A DNA stretch of 57,997 nt, the filler included, from Nitrospirota bacterium (GTDB lineage: Bacteria; JACPQY01): assembly GCA_016180645.1 (NCBI GenBank). It is 3 parts of 3 records of this genome, joined end to end, with 100 filler letters (N's around TTAATTAATTAA, not from the genome) between each part and the next. Parts side by side here need not be neighbours in the genome. Positions count along the whole stretch, not along the records: positions 1 to 21,966 come from JACPAV010000051.1; positions 22,067 to 35,996 come from JACPAV010000017.1; 1 more part is not named here. One strand, given 5' to 3'. The notes beneath the pieces are model-generated. The model was not told the origin of the DNA, made no database searches, and worked only from the letters and a program-made list of their open reading frames with translations. This document shows positions 19,533 through 29,185 of this stretch, piece after piece (position 1 is the first letter of the stretch; each line of letters starts with the position of its first letter). A program made the translations under genes and the position numbers.

Positions 19533-20699
19533 ATGACGAAGGATGCCTTGCCCCCCGGAGTCCCCGCCATCGACCGCCTTCCGGACCTCTCGATGTGGCT
19601 CGACAAGAAATCGCATTTCCTCTTCGGCCCCCGGCAAACAGGCAAGACGTTCCTCATCCGAAGGGCTCTGCCGAAGGCAAGGATATACGATCTCTTGGAC
19701 AGCTCCGTCTACCTGGCGTTGAGTCAACGCCCCTCCAGACTCGGCGAAGAAATCGCCGGGGACGACCGGCTCGTGGTGATCGACGAAATTCAGCGTCTTC
19801 CCGTTCTCCTCAACGAAGTTCATCGGTTGATCGAGGAGCGGCGGATTCGTTTCCTCCTGACGGGGTCCAGCGCGCGGAAACTGCGTCGAGGCGGAGTCAA
19901 CCTCCTGGGAGGCCGGGCGCGCGTGCGGTACCTCCACCCCCTGACCTACCGCGAACTGGGATCGCATTTCGATCTGGGGCGGGCCGTATCGAGGGGGCTG
20001 CTGCCGTCGGTCTATTTCTCGGACGACCCGGCGGCGGATCTGGAGGCGTACACGGGCGCCTACCTCCAGCAGGAGATTCTCGCGGAAGGCGCCACGCGGA
20101 ACGTGCCCGCCTTCAGCCGATTCCTGCGCGTTGCGGCCCTCTGCAACGCCACGGTGATCAACTTCACCAACGTAGCCAACGATGCCCAGGTGCCGCGCAC
20201 CACCGTGTATGAATACTTCGAGATCCTGAAGGATACGTTGATCCTTCATGACGTACCGGCTTGGAAATCCTCGCGGAAGCGCAAGCCCCTCGTTTCCTCA
20301 AAGTACTATTTCTTTGATGTCGGAGTGGCGTCCTCGCTCCAAGGCCGTTTGCCGAGGCCGCGAACGCCCGAATTCGGCGCGGCGTTTGAGAGTTGGCTTG
20401 CCCACGAACTGCTGGCTTATCGGGACTACATGTCCGGAGAAGCGGTACGCCATTGGCGATCGGCCTCGGGCTTTGAAGTGGACTTTATTTTGGGAGACCA
20501 TACGGCCATCGAAGCCAAGGCCAAAGAGAACGTTTCCCCCGGCGATCTGCGGTCCCTTCGCGCGATCGCCGATGAGAAAACGATGAAACGCCTCATCTGT
20601 GTGACTCTGGAGCCTCGGCGTCGAAGGATCGACGGCATTACCCTCCTGCCCTATCGCGAGTTTCTGATCGGACTATGGAACGGTGAATTCACCTCATAG
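19533..20699 (+). CDS. AAA_14 ATPase with DUF4143 domain
   Basis: GPRQTGKT, IDEIQ, LTGSSARKL, KYYFFDVGV and EVDF...IEAK motifs. Confidence 0.9.
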   Translation: MTKDALPPGVPAIDRLPDLSMWLDKKSHFLFGPRQTGKTFLIRRALPKARIYDLLDSSVYLALSQRPSRLGEEIAGDDRLVVIDEIQRLPVLLNEVHRLIEERRIRFLLTGSSARKLRRGGVNLLGGRARVRYLHPLTYRELGSHFDLGRAVSRGLLPSVYFSDDPAADLEAYTGAYLQQEILAEGATRNVPAFSRFLRVAALCNATVINFTNVANDAQVPRTTVYEYFEILKDTLILHDVPAWKSSRKRKPLVSSKYYFFDVGVASSLQGRLPRPRTPEFGAAFESWLAHELLAYRDYMSGEAVRHWRSASGFEVDFILGDHTAIEAKAKENVSPGDLRSLRAIADEKTMKRLICVTLEPRRRRIDGITLLPYREFLIGLWNGEFTS

Positions 20700-20739
20700 C
20701 AGTTGGCGAGGAACGCAGGCTGCGGATGAAACCGGCGGC

Positions 20740-21375
20740 ATGGGAGTCGTCGCGCGCACGTACGGGTTCTGGGGACGCCATCCGGCTATCTACCGATTGC
20801 TTTCCGCCCCCACGTTTCTTTTTCGCGAACGACTGCTCCGGGGTCTCGCCGTGCAAGGGTTGGGGCTACGTCCTGGGAACGTGGCGCTTGAGGTTGCCTG
20901 CGGGACGGGGCTCAATTTGGCGCGGCTCAGGGAAGCGGTCGGCGAGGCCGGCCGGGTGGTGGGCTTCGATTATTCCGCCGAGATGCTGTCCGCGGCGAAA
21001 TCCCTCGCTCGGACGGAAGGATGGCGGAACGTCGAGTTTTTCCAGGGAGACGCGGCCGAGCTTTCGATCCCCGGCGGGATGTTCGACGGCGTCCTTTGCA
21101 TCCTCGGACTGAGCGCCATTCCGAGACGGCGAGCGGCCCTTGACCGCATCCACGCGCTCCTTCGCCCCGGGGGCCGCCTCTCGGCCTGCGACGCACAAGC
21201 CTTCCAGGGGGCGTGGAGATTCTTGAACCCCGTCATCCGTCCCCTCTACAGGAAGACGACGGCGTGGGATCCGGACGCGGACATTCCTTCAGAGATCCGT
21301 TCCATTTTCGGGAACCTGGAAATCGGGTACTTCAACGGCGGATCGTACTTTGTGGCCGTAGCGGAGAAGCGGTGA
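20740..21375 (+). CDS. Class I SAM-dependent methyltransferase
   Basis: LEVACGTG, GFDYSAEML and LRPGG motifs. Confidence 0.85.
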   Translation: MGVVARTYGFWGRHPAIYRLLSAPTFLFRERLLRGLAVQGLGLRPGNVALEVACGTGLNLARLREAVGEAGRVVGFDYSAEMLSAAKSLARTEGWRNVEFFQGDAAELSIPGGMFDGVLCILGLSAIPRRRAALDRIHALLRPGGRLSACDAQAFQGAWRFLNPVIRPLYRKTTAWDPDADIPSEIRSIFGNLEIGYFNGGSYFVAVAEKR

Positions 21376-21821
21376 GAGAGTCGATCGTCGAAGGGAGCAT
21401 CGACATCCCCCGTCCGCCGCGGGAGGTGTGGGCATTTATCGTGAAACCTGAGAACTTCCCCGAGTACGTTGACGGCTATCGGAGCGGGGTGGTCCTGAGC
21501 GATGTGAAGGAGGGCGTGGGGCTGCGATTTCGCTGGCAGGGTGGTTCGTTCGGACTTTCCGCCGAATCCGAGGAGGAGGTCGTGGAGTGGGAGCCTCATC
21601 GGCGAGTGGCCTATCAGGGTAGGATGTCGGGGGTTTCGTTCCGTTCCGCCATGATCTTGGAGAAAGCCGGAGAGGGCACCCGTTTGACCGTGCAGATTCA
21701 TTTCTCCCTCCCCGTGCCGGTGGCGGGACTGCTTGTGGGTGAACTCATCCTCAAACCGCTCGTCCGCCACTCCATCAGCCGATCCCTCCGCAACGTTCGC
21801 AACCATTTTCACGGTAGGTAG
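21372..21821 (+). CDS. SRPBCC (polyketide cyclase-like) family protein
   Basis: IDIPRPPREVWAFI..PENFPEY...VVEWEP; GTGA overlap with the upstream stop. Confidence 0.8.
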   Translation: MRESIVEGSIDIPRPPREVWAFIVKPENFPEYVDGYRSGVVLSDVKEGVGLRFRWQGGSFGLSAESEEEVVEWEPHRRVAYQGRMSGVSFRSAMILEKAGEGTRLTVQIHFSLPVPVAGLLVGELILKPLVRHSISRSLRNVRNHFHGR

Positions 21822-21900
21822 GTGTTTCGTCGCATAGCCTCTTGTTGACATTGCCTAAGCTCGACTTTTGCCATTTTTTGAAAGGTTTATGTTGGTCATG

Positions 21901-21966
21901 ATGCGTAGGGGAGGGTCTTCAGACCCTCCCGACAAGAGGGAGCATCTGAAGATGCTCCCCTACGAA
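21901..21966. repeat. Palindromic repeat core (same family as 46551-46700 and 54450-54550), truncated by contig end
   Basis: GTAGGGGAGGGTCTTCAGACCCTCCCGACAAGAGGGAGCATCTGAAGATGCTCCCCTACGAA. Confidence 0.85.
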
Positions 21967-22066
21967 NNNNNNNNNNNNNNNNNNNNNNNNNNNNNNNNNN
22001 NNNNNNNNNNTTAATTAATTAANNNNNNNNNNNNNNNNNNNNNNNNNNNNNNNNNNNNNNNNNNNN
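21967..22066. other. Artificial contig linker
   Basis: N-run, TTAATTAATTAA, N-run. Confidence 0.98.
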
Positions 22067-22721
22067 TGTCCTTCAAGATGCGAATGGTCGTTTCGAGGGC
22101 CAGCCCAGCGCGCTGGGCAAGATCCTGCCGCCGGATCGGGGGGAGCGGTACGGGGAGGTTGTCGAGTCTGGGTGTATGGCCCCTCACCGCCACCGCCAGG
22201 ATCTCCGCCACGCGACGGTAGGAGCCGTGGTAGGCCATCGTCAGGGCGATTTCCTCCGCCTGGCCGACCTGCTCGGCCAGCTGTCGAATCAGCCGCATCA
22301 TGAGGGTCGGCTGTCGTTTCAGGAGGTCGAAGAAATATTCCCTGTCCAGGAAGGTGACCACGGAGAGCTCCGTGGCCTCCACCGTGGCGGAGAAGGGTTC
22401 ATCCAGCAGCAGAGAGCGGTAGCCGACCAGCGTTCCGGCGCGGCCCAGGCGGACGGCCAGTTGGTGCCCGGATTCGTCCGTCTTGCACACCTTGGCCTGC
22501 CCGCTGCAAAGAAGGAAGACGCCGTGGGGGCGCACCCCTTCGTGGGCGATGACTTGGTTCTTTTTGTATCGGTTGGCGATCAATCGCTCCTCGATCGTCG
22601 CCCTCTCGGAGGGATCAACCCCGGAAAAATAGCAGTGAGAATTGACGAGGCACTCGCCGCAACCGCAAGTGGCGCGGGTACGCGCCGCCGATAGTTTAAG
22701 CCTGCTCGACGCGGCGGCCAA
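22067..22721 (-). CDS. Crp/Fnr family regulator with N-terminal Cys cluster (3' truncated by the gap)
   Basis: CGCGEC...HC, cNMP-binding domain, RQDLAQRAGLALETTIR HTH. Confidence 0.88.
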
Positions 22722-23756
22722 TCAACCTCCTAGGAGATGCATGGGAGTTTGGACCCGGTGGCCCGGAGGCGGCACGGCCGCGGCGGGTCGGCGATCATCC
22801 CCTTTGAGCCATTCGATGCATCCTGCCGGCTTGCGCGAAACGATGTCGCGGATCAGCGACTCCAGATCGTCGTCCGACCCGCCGTTCCGGAGGACGGCCC
22901 TGAGGTCGTTGGATCGGTCGCGGGCGTAGAGGCAACTGACGAGTCGCCCGTCCGACGTGAGCCGCAACCGGTTGCAGGTGTTGCAGAAGGGGCGCGTGAC
23001 GGAGGGGATAATGCCGATCCGCCCGGCCCAGCCCGCAGGGAGGTATTCGCGGGCCGGGCCGTCCGATACCGGCGGATCTGTTGGTTCGAGTGCCACCGAT
23101 GTGGCGAGTCTTTGGATCACCTCGTCGAACGCGACGACGCGCGACGGGTTCCAAAGGCCCGACCCATCGAAGGGCATGAACTCGATGAACCGGACGACGT
23201 AGGGATCATGTTCGGCGAGACGCGCGATGGATTCGATCTCATCGTCGTTCACGCCGCGAATCAGGACGCAGTTGATCTTGACGCGCAGGCCGACTTCCGC
23301 GGCGCTCGCGATGGAGTGGAGCACCCGCGCGACGGCGTCCACCCCCGTGATGAGCATGAACTTCTCGCGTTTGAGCGAATCCAGGCTCACGTTCACGGTG
23401 GATACGCCGGACTCCTTGAGTTCCTGCGCGTGGCGCGCCAGACCGAATCCGTTCGTGGTCAAGGCGATCCCGCCGATGCCGGGAATGGCATGCAATCGTT
23501 TCACCAGATCGGGGAGGTCGTTCCGGAGGAGGGGTTCGCCGCCCGTCAGCCGGATGCGATCAATCCCCATCCCGGCCAACAGCCGCACGAGGCGCTCGAT
23601 CTCCTCGAAGGACAGAAGGTCGGAGCGTTGCACCCAGCCCCCTTCGGGCGAGCAGGGCAGGCAGTACATGCAGCGCATGTTGCACCGGTCCGTCACCGAC
23701 AGCCGGAGCTTGGTCACCGGACGCCCGAGCGAATCCTGAAGAGGACGCAGAGTCAT
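22722..23756 (-). CDS. moaA: GTP 3',8-cyclase MoaA
   Basis: LRLSVTDRCNMRCMYC, RFIEFMP, FCNTCNRLRLT and C-terminal GG. Confidence 0.95.
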   Translation of the reverse strand: MTLRPLQDSLGRPVTKLRLSVTDRCNMRCMYCLPCSPEGGWVQRSDLLSFEEIERLVRLLAGMGIDRIRLTGGEPLLRNDLPDLVKRLHAIPGIGGIALTTNGFGLARHAQELKESGVSTVNVSLDSLKREKFMLITGVDAVARVLHSIASAAEVGLRVKINCVLIRGVNDDEIESIARLAEHDPYVVRFIEFMPFDGSGLWNPSRVVAFDEVIQRLATSVALEPTDPPVSDGPAREYLPAGWAGRIGIIPSVTRPFCNTCNRLRLTSDGRLVSCLYARDRSNDLRAVLRNGGSDDDLESLIRDIVSRKPAGCIEWLKGDDRRPAAAVPPPGHRVQTPMHLLGG

Positions 23757-23762
23757 CCTTCG

Positions 23763-23918
23763 TCACACCTCCGGACGATGGTCCTTGAGCGCCTTTCTGA
23801 ATTCGATGAGTGATTTGCCAAGGCCGCGGAACAGTTCCGGGAGACGCCCTGCGCCGAATACGAGCACGACGATCAGGGCGATCACCACGATCTCCCGCCA
23901 TCCGATGTTGCCGAGCAT
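23763..23918 (-). CDS. tatA: Twin-arginine translocase TatA/E subunit
   Basis: Hand translation MLGNIGWREIVVIALIVVLVFGAGRLPELFRGLGKSLIEFRKALKDHRPEV (51 aa; too short for the ORF track). Confidence 0.9.
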   Translation of the reverse strand: MLGNIGWREIVVIALIVVLVFGAGRLPELFRGLGKSLIEFRKALKDHRPEV

Positions 23919-24056
23919 GATTTACATCCTTTCGCGTCTTGAACGGCCGGACATCCGCCGGCAGGTTGCAGTCTGTCAGCTCCAGAACATAGAAATATGA
24001 CCGATATCAGGTTTCTCATTCTTGATATTTCCCCTCCGCCAGAATAGGATGCGCTC

Positions 24057-25025
24057 ATGGTTGAGCAGCCCCAATTCATGATCGAGTCAGATCTGACCCG
24101 AGGGCTCTATTCGGAGGCGGGGAAAGTCTCCCAGAGCACGGAACCTATTCTGATCATCGGTGAGACGGGAACCGGCAAGGAGGTTCTCGCCCGCCACATT
24201 CACAACCGATCGACCCGATCCTCCGGCCCGTTCATTCCCCTCAATTGCGCGGCGATGCCGGAGACGCTCGTCGAGAGCGAGCTGTTCGGTTACCGGAAAG
24301 GCGCCTTCACGGATGCCAAGTCCGACAAGTCCGGCGTGATCGAAATGGCCAACGGCGGGACGCTGTTTCTGGACGAAATTGCGGAGCTGCCGGGCCCCGC
24401 ACAGGCCAAGTTCCTCCGCGTGCTCGAAACGGGCGAGTTCATGCCCTTGGGTACCGTTCAGTTCCGTCGCAGCGATTTCCGCCTGGTCTGCGCCACCAAC
24501 AAGAACCTTCAGAAGGATCGGCGGGATTTCCGGGATGATCTATTCTATCGGGTCAGCACGTTCACGCTTTTCCTCCCGCCTCTCCGGGATCGGAAGGACG
24601 AGATCCCCCTCTTTGTAAACAGTTTTCTGAACCGGAATGGGCGCGAGGCGGCGTCCATTTCTACCCAGGCCATGGAGCTCCTTCTCTGCTACACGTGGCC
24701 GGGGAATATCCGTGAGCTCCGCAATGTGATGCACCACGCCTTGGCGCTGGCGGAGAATGAAATCCGTCCCGAGCACCTGCCGAAATGGCTCCTGGATTTC
24801 TGCCCGCGAAGGGACGTAATGGAGAGCGACGACGTAGGCGCCAAAATCGCATGTTTCGAGCGGTGCCTGATGCAGTCGTATCTGGACCGCGGCGCCAGCG
24901 TGGGCGAGTTGAGCAAGGTAATCGGCGTGCCGCAGAGCACTGTCTATCGCAAATTGAAGAAGGGCGGGGTGCTCACCCCCAAGAAGGCCAAATCGGCCCT
25001 CAAGGCCAGGCCGGAGAAATCGTGA
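24057..25025 (+). CDS. Sigma54-interacting transcriptional activator lacking an N-terminal sensor domain
   Basis: GETGTGKE, ESELFG, GAFTDA, LFLDEI, WPGNIRELRN and Fis-type HTH. Confidence 0.9.
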   Translation: MVEQPQFMIESDLTRGLYSEAGKVSQSTEPILIIGETGTGKEVLARHIHNRSTRSSGPFIPLNCAAMPETLVESELFGYRKGAFTDAKSDKSGVIEMANGGTLFLDEIAELPGPAQAKFLRVLETGEFMPLGTVQFRRSDFRLVCATNKNLQKDRRDFRDDLFYRVSTFTLFLPPLRDRKDEIPLFVNSFLNRNGREAASISTQAMELLLCYTWPGNIRELRNVMHHALALAENEIRPEHLPKWLLDFCPRRDVMESDDVGAKIACFERCLMQSYLDRGASVGELSKVIGVPQSTVYRKLKKGGVLTPKKAKSALKARPEKS

Positions 25026-25483
25026 TGCTCTGGATAAAATTTGTTCATGTGGCCGCGGTGATCCTCTGGTTCGGATCGGCGGCGGCGGATGTCATTCTGG
25101 AATTGGTCCTCAAGAAGACCGTCTCCCGGGACGGCCAACTCGCGCTCATTGGACTGCACGCGAAGGTCGATCAAATATTGGAGGCCCCGGCGATCGTCCT
25201 CACCCTTTTCACGGGAATATTCCTTCTTTTCTTTGGAGGTGCGCAATGGCCGGGCGTGCTGGTGGTCAAAATACTGTGCGCGCTGGCGGCGGCCGGAGCC
25301 AATCTCTATTGCGTGAAAGTGGTGGTGGAGCGGGATCGCTGGGCGCGCGGGGCGGCCCCGGACGTGTCGCTCCTGCAGAGTCCGGAAGGGAAGAGTCTGG
25401 CGCTTCGAATTTTCGCAACGGGGTCGGGAATTCCTTTCGCCGCCGTCGCCCTGGCGATTGCCGTCGTCTACCTGTCGAAGTAG
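25025..25483 (+). CDS. Four-TM membrane protein (CopD/DUF2269-like)
   Basis: MLWIKFVHVAAVILWFG and further hydrophobic segments; start overlaps the upstream stop. Confidence 0.6.
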   Translation: MLWIKFVHVAAVILWFGSAAADVILELVLKKTVSRDGQLALIGLHAKVDQILEAPAIVLTLFTGIFLLFFGGAQWPGVLVVKILCALAAAGANLYCVKVVVERDRWARGAAPDVSLLQSPEGKSLALRIFATGSGIPFAAVALAIAVVYLSK

Positions 25484-25484
25484 G

Positions 25485-25931
25485 TCAGTTCCGGACGGCT
25501 TTCCGCTCTCTGAGCAACTTCAATCCCGGGCAGTGGGCCCGTGTGCACGTGCACTCCACCCCCAGGATCTGAGCGAGAAAATCGCGCAACTGGAGAAGCC
25601 TCTTCCGATCCTGCTTTGCGTTGATGTGTTCCACGCGGGACACAATATCGAGCGTGACCTCGGGAAGAGTCTGGTTCGAGATGAATGCGATAGTCACGGG
25701 GCAGAGGTGCAGCGCATCGGTGATCTTGGAGAGAGTGGTGAAGGTGACATTGGCCCGGCCGCGTTCCACGCGGTTGTAGTACCGGACGTCAAGTTTGGAC
25801 ATGCGGGCGATCTGAGCCTGCGTTTTTCTCACGCCCAGACGAGCCTGCCGGAGCAGGTTCCCCATCTGAATCAGAGCTTGCTTGTCTCCCATTAAACCAA
25901 GTTGATGATCGCTCAAAGTGATATAGATCAC
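25485..25931 (-). CDS. XRE-family HTH regulator
   Basis: LRQARLGVRKTQAQIARMSKLDVRYYNRVERGRANVT; start uncertain. Confidence 0.7.
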   Translation of the reverse strand: MIYITLSDHQLGLMGDKQALIQMGNLLRQARLGVRKTQAQIARMSKLDVRYYNRVERGRANVTFTTLSKITDALHLCPVTIAFISNQTLPEVTLDIVSRVEHINAKQDRKRLLQLRDFLAQILGVECTCTRAHCPGLKLLRERKAVRN

Positions 25932-25932
25932 A
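25917..25932. promoter_or_regulatory. Possible CRP/FNR-type binding site
   Basis: AGTGA-TATAGA-TCACA between divergent genes. Confidence 0.35.
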
Positions 25933-26019
25933 ATTGGGGTAAAAGGCGATAATCACTGGGTAAATCACCCTATGCGTGTATTGACGGGGCACGCCGGATG
26001 GGAGATTTGTTGGGTCACG

Positions 26020-26817
26020 ATGAGCAAGATCAAGCCCCGCAGAGTGACCCCACGAGAGAAAACAAAGAGGTCGAGGAAGCCTCGCCCGGGGCGTTGGTCT
26101 GAATCTCTTCAAGCGAAGGCCAACCGTCTCGAGTCCGTCCTGTTCATGGCAGTGGGGGTCGTTCACGATTTCAATTCTGTCCTCACGGGGGTTCTGGCCT
26201 CCTTGGAAGGGGCAAAGTCGGGCATCGAGCGCGTCCGCGCCGGGGCCATCGCGGACGCAGAACGGTCGGCTTGGAAGGCGCGGGAGCTTACAGCCGAACT
26301 CATGGCCGTCGCCGTGGACCGGCCGGAAAAACGCGAGCCCCTGGACCTTGTCGAATTGGTCCGGCGTTCAATGAAATTTGCCCTGCGGGGTGGGTGCGTA
26401 CGCTGTGTGGAACGATTCGGCGACAACATCCGGCCCGTCGAAGGAAGTCGGAATCAGATCGGCCGGGTCATCCACAACCTGGCCCTGAACGCGCGGCAGG
26501 CGATGCCAAAGGGGGGAACCGTTCGTGTCGAGATCGTGAACGCGGCGCTGAGGAAGAGCGTTGGGAGGGGTCTTTCCAGGGGCGACTACGTGAGAATCAC
26601 GCTGACCGACGAAGGACCGGGTATCCGGCCGGAGAGCCTGGGAAGAATATTCGAGCCTTTCTTCACGACGAAGGAGGGCGGGAGTGGGTTGGGCCTGGCC
26701 GTCGCCGCCGCCATCGTCAAGGCGCACGGGGGCGCCATCACGGCCGGCTCGGGATCGGGGGCCACCTTCAGCGTGTATCTCCCTGCACGACCACCGGCTT
26801 TGAAGCCGGCGCCCTGA
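26020..26817 (+). CDS. Histidine kinase core (HisKA + HATPase) without sensor or receiver domain
   Basis: GVVHDFNSVL H-box, NLALNARQAM, DEGPGI and FEPFFTTK..GSGLGL. Confidence 0.8.
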   Translation: MSKIKPRRVTPREKTKRSRKPRPGRWSESLQAKANRLESVLFMAVGVVHDFNSVLTGVLASLEGAKSGIERVRAGAIADAERSAWKARELTAELMAVAVDRPEKREPLDLVELVRRSMKFALRGGCVRCVERFGDNIRPVEGSRNQIGRVIHNLALNARQAMPKGGTVRVEIVNAALRKSVGRGLSRGDYVRITLTDEGPGIRPESLGRIFEPFFTTKEGGSGLGLAVAAAIVKAHGGAITAGSGSGATFSVYLPARPPALKPAP

Positions 26818-26842
26818 AGGGTCTCCGCGCCCCCGGGTGGGC

Positions 26843-26899
26843 TTGACAGGGATCCCGTCCGATACTACAGTGTCTATAGTTTCGATACTTAGAAACTAT
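26843..26899 (+). promoter_or_regulatory. Sigma70 promoter plus palindromic operator upstream of the ArsR-family gene
   Basis: TTGACA-N17-TACAGT, then ATAGTTTC-N8-GAAACTAT (26876-26899) overlapping the ATG. Confidence 0.7.
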
Positions 26900-27233
26900 G
26901 GGAAAGACCGAAAACGACCGGAGGATCTTTGAGCTGCACGCGCAGATCTGCAAAGTGCTGTCGAATCCGAGGCGGCTGGAAATCATTCACCACCTGCGGG
27001 GGGCCGAAGGAACGGTGAAGCAACTCGTCAACGCCACCGGGTACCCCAAGGCGAACTTGTCGCAGCATCTGAGCGTCATGCGCGCGGCGGGACTCCTCCG
27101 ATCGAGGCGGAATGGACGGGAAATCCACTACCGCCTGGCTTTTCCGAAGATGTTGAAGGCGTACGATCTGCTTCGCGAAATCCTCTTCGAACGGATGCGG
27201 GAGCAGTCAAGAATGTTGGGAGGCAAACCATGA
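26898..27233 (+). CDS. ArsR/SmtB family repressor
   Basis: ICKVLSNPRRLEI...NLSQHLSVMR...RRNGREIHYRL. Confidence 0.92.
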   Translation: MGKTENDRRIFELHAQICKVLSNPRRLEIIHHLRGAEGTVKQLVNATGYPKANLSQHLSVMRAAGLLRSRRNGREIHYRLAFPKMLKAYDLLREILFERMREQSRMLGGKP

Positions 27234-28942
27234 GAGTGCTGGACGAAAGCCGGGGAGGCGTGAAGTCGGGCGAACGGCTGGATTTGAAGGGCGCGGGGCT
27301 GCCCTTGGAAATCCGACGGGCGGCCCTGATCGTCTTCTGGAAGGGTCGCTGACAGACCTGCCGGCAGGAGGCTCCTGCCATACGAGGCGTGGCCGAGAAG
27401 TTCGGCCCGAAGGGACTTGATGTGGTCTACGTGGGCGCCATGGAGACCGCAGAAGATTGTGAGCGGTGGAAAAAAGAATACGGCCTGCCCTTCCCCGTGA
27501 TTCCGGATCCCGAGGGCCAACTGTTCAGGCGGTTCGCCAACGGTTGGGTTCCTTTCAATCTGCTGGTGGGTCCGGACGGTCGAGTTGTGTTCTGCGAAAA
27601 TGAGTTCGATGAAGCGGGCTACTCCCGCGAGATTGCGCGATTGTGCGGGGAACCGGCGCGCCCCCCATCCGCTCCTTCCCCCACAAGGGGGGAAGGGATG
27701 GTAGCCGCACCCTTCATGGGTGCGTCTTCAGACGCAGGCATTAAGCCTGCGCCTACCCCCTCCCCTTCAAAGGGTGGGGGTAACCACTCTAGCCCGCAAA
27801 CCATCGTCATTCTTGGCGGAGGGACAGGAGGCATCGTGGCCGCCCATCACTTGCGCAAGAGACTGCCGCGCGAGCACCGGATCGTCCTGATCGACCGTTC
27901 GGAGTCGCATCTCTTTGCCCCCTCGCTCCTGTGGATGATGGTGGGCCTGCGTCGCGCCGAACAAATCCGACGGCCGCTGATGCGTCTGAAATCGAAGGGC
28001 ATCGAATACCATCATGGAAGTGTGAATGGGATCGATACCGAGAATCGAATGATCCATGCCGATGGAGCGGATATCCCTTACGACCACCTCGTGATTGCCC
28101 TCGGTGCGGAGACGGCGCCGGAGTCCATCCCGCACTTTGAGGATAAGGCGCACAATCTCTACTCCGTGGAAGGCTGCACCCGATTGCACGAGGCTCTGGA
28201 AAGCTTTCAAGGTGGAGCGATCACCGTGCTGATCCCGTCCATGCCGTTCAAATGCCCGGCCGCACCCTACGAGGCGGCCTTTCTGGTGGAAGCATTCGCT
28301 CGGAGGAGGGGAATCCGCGACAAGACCGACATCCATCTCCTGACCCCTGAGCACCAGCCGATGCCGGTGGCTGGGAAACTGCTGGGTGGGGCCATTGTGG
28401 AGATGCTGCGAAGCCGCGGGATTCACTACCATCCGTTATTCACGTTCAAAGAGCTGAACGGTGCGGAGGAACGGGTGGTGGCCGCGGACGGTCAGGCGGT
28501 GCGGGCGGGACTCCTGATCGGAATCCCGCCGCACCGTGCGCCGGCCGTGGTCCGCGAGGCGGGGTTGGCGGGAGTTTCCGGATGGATTCACGTGGATCCC
28601 CACACGATGAAGACGCAGGTGGACGGTGTGTACGCGATCGGCGACGTGGCAGCCGTCAAGCTCCCCAACGGAAAAATGCTGCCCAAGTCCGGCGTGTTCG
28701 CGCATTTCGAGGCGGAGGTGGTTGCAAAGAACATCGCCGCGGAGGTGGGCGGAGAGGGCGGGAACGCGGCGTTTGATGGCAAGGGTTATTGCTGGGTGGA
28801 AACGGGCGATGGGAGAGCCGGCTTCGCGAGTGGAAACTTCTTCGCGGAGCCGGAGCCGCGCATCACGATGCATAGACCAGGCCGGATGTGGCGATGGGGG
28901 AAGCTTGCGTTCGAGCAGTGGTGGCTCCGGCATTGGTTCTGA
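27230..28942 (+). CDS. Thioredoxin/peroxiredoxin-fold (UxxC, Sec41) domain fused to an SQR-like FAD-dependent oxidoreductase; candidate selenoprotein, 570 aa
   Basis: ATG 27230 overlaps the ArsR stop (ATGA, SD GGAGG). LIVFWKGR-TGA(27350)-QTCRQEAP is in frame with track ORF 27389..28942. Trx fold (LPFPVIPDP, WVPFNLLVGPDGRV) then ILGGGTGG, PFKCPAAPYE, YAIGD, LPKSG and GKGYCWVETG. Confidence 0.85.
27363..27379 (+). promoter_or_regulatory. Putative bacterial SECIS hairpin
   Basis: GGCAGGA-GGC-TCCTGCC; loop G is 18 nt after the TGA. Confidence 0.72.
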
Positions 28943-29185
28943 AGCGAGGCCGGTGATCAAGCACGCGGGCTGAAGCCCGCGGCTACCGGCAACGCTTGGT
29001 GGAGCGGTAGGCGCAGGCTTCATGCCTGCGTTGTCTCGACTTCGCGCCGCTCATTTGACGGATGTGTCTGATCCACATTCACCCGTTCTCCCACCGCGGA
29101 GTTGCTTGACGCTCGGACAGGGGCCATGTAGCGTCGCTGCCGGGAGGAAGTGTCGGGCTCAGCTCGACGAGAAAGGAGTGCGTCC

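Noticed and set aside
21967-22066. TTAATTAATTAA motif within N-runs (also 35997-36096) as a biological repeat
   Set aside because: It is an all-frame-stop contig linker. Links across it were not treated as real synteny.
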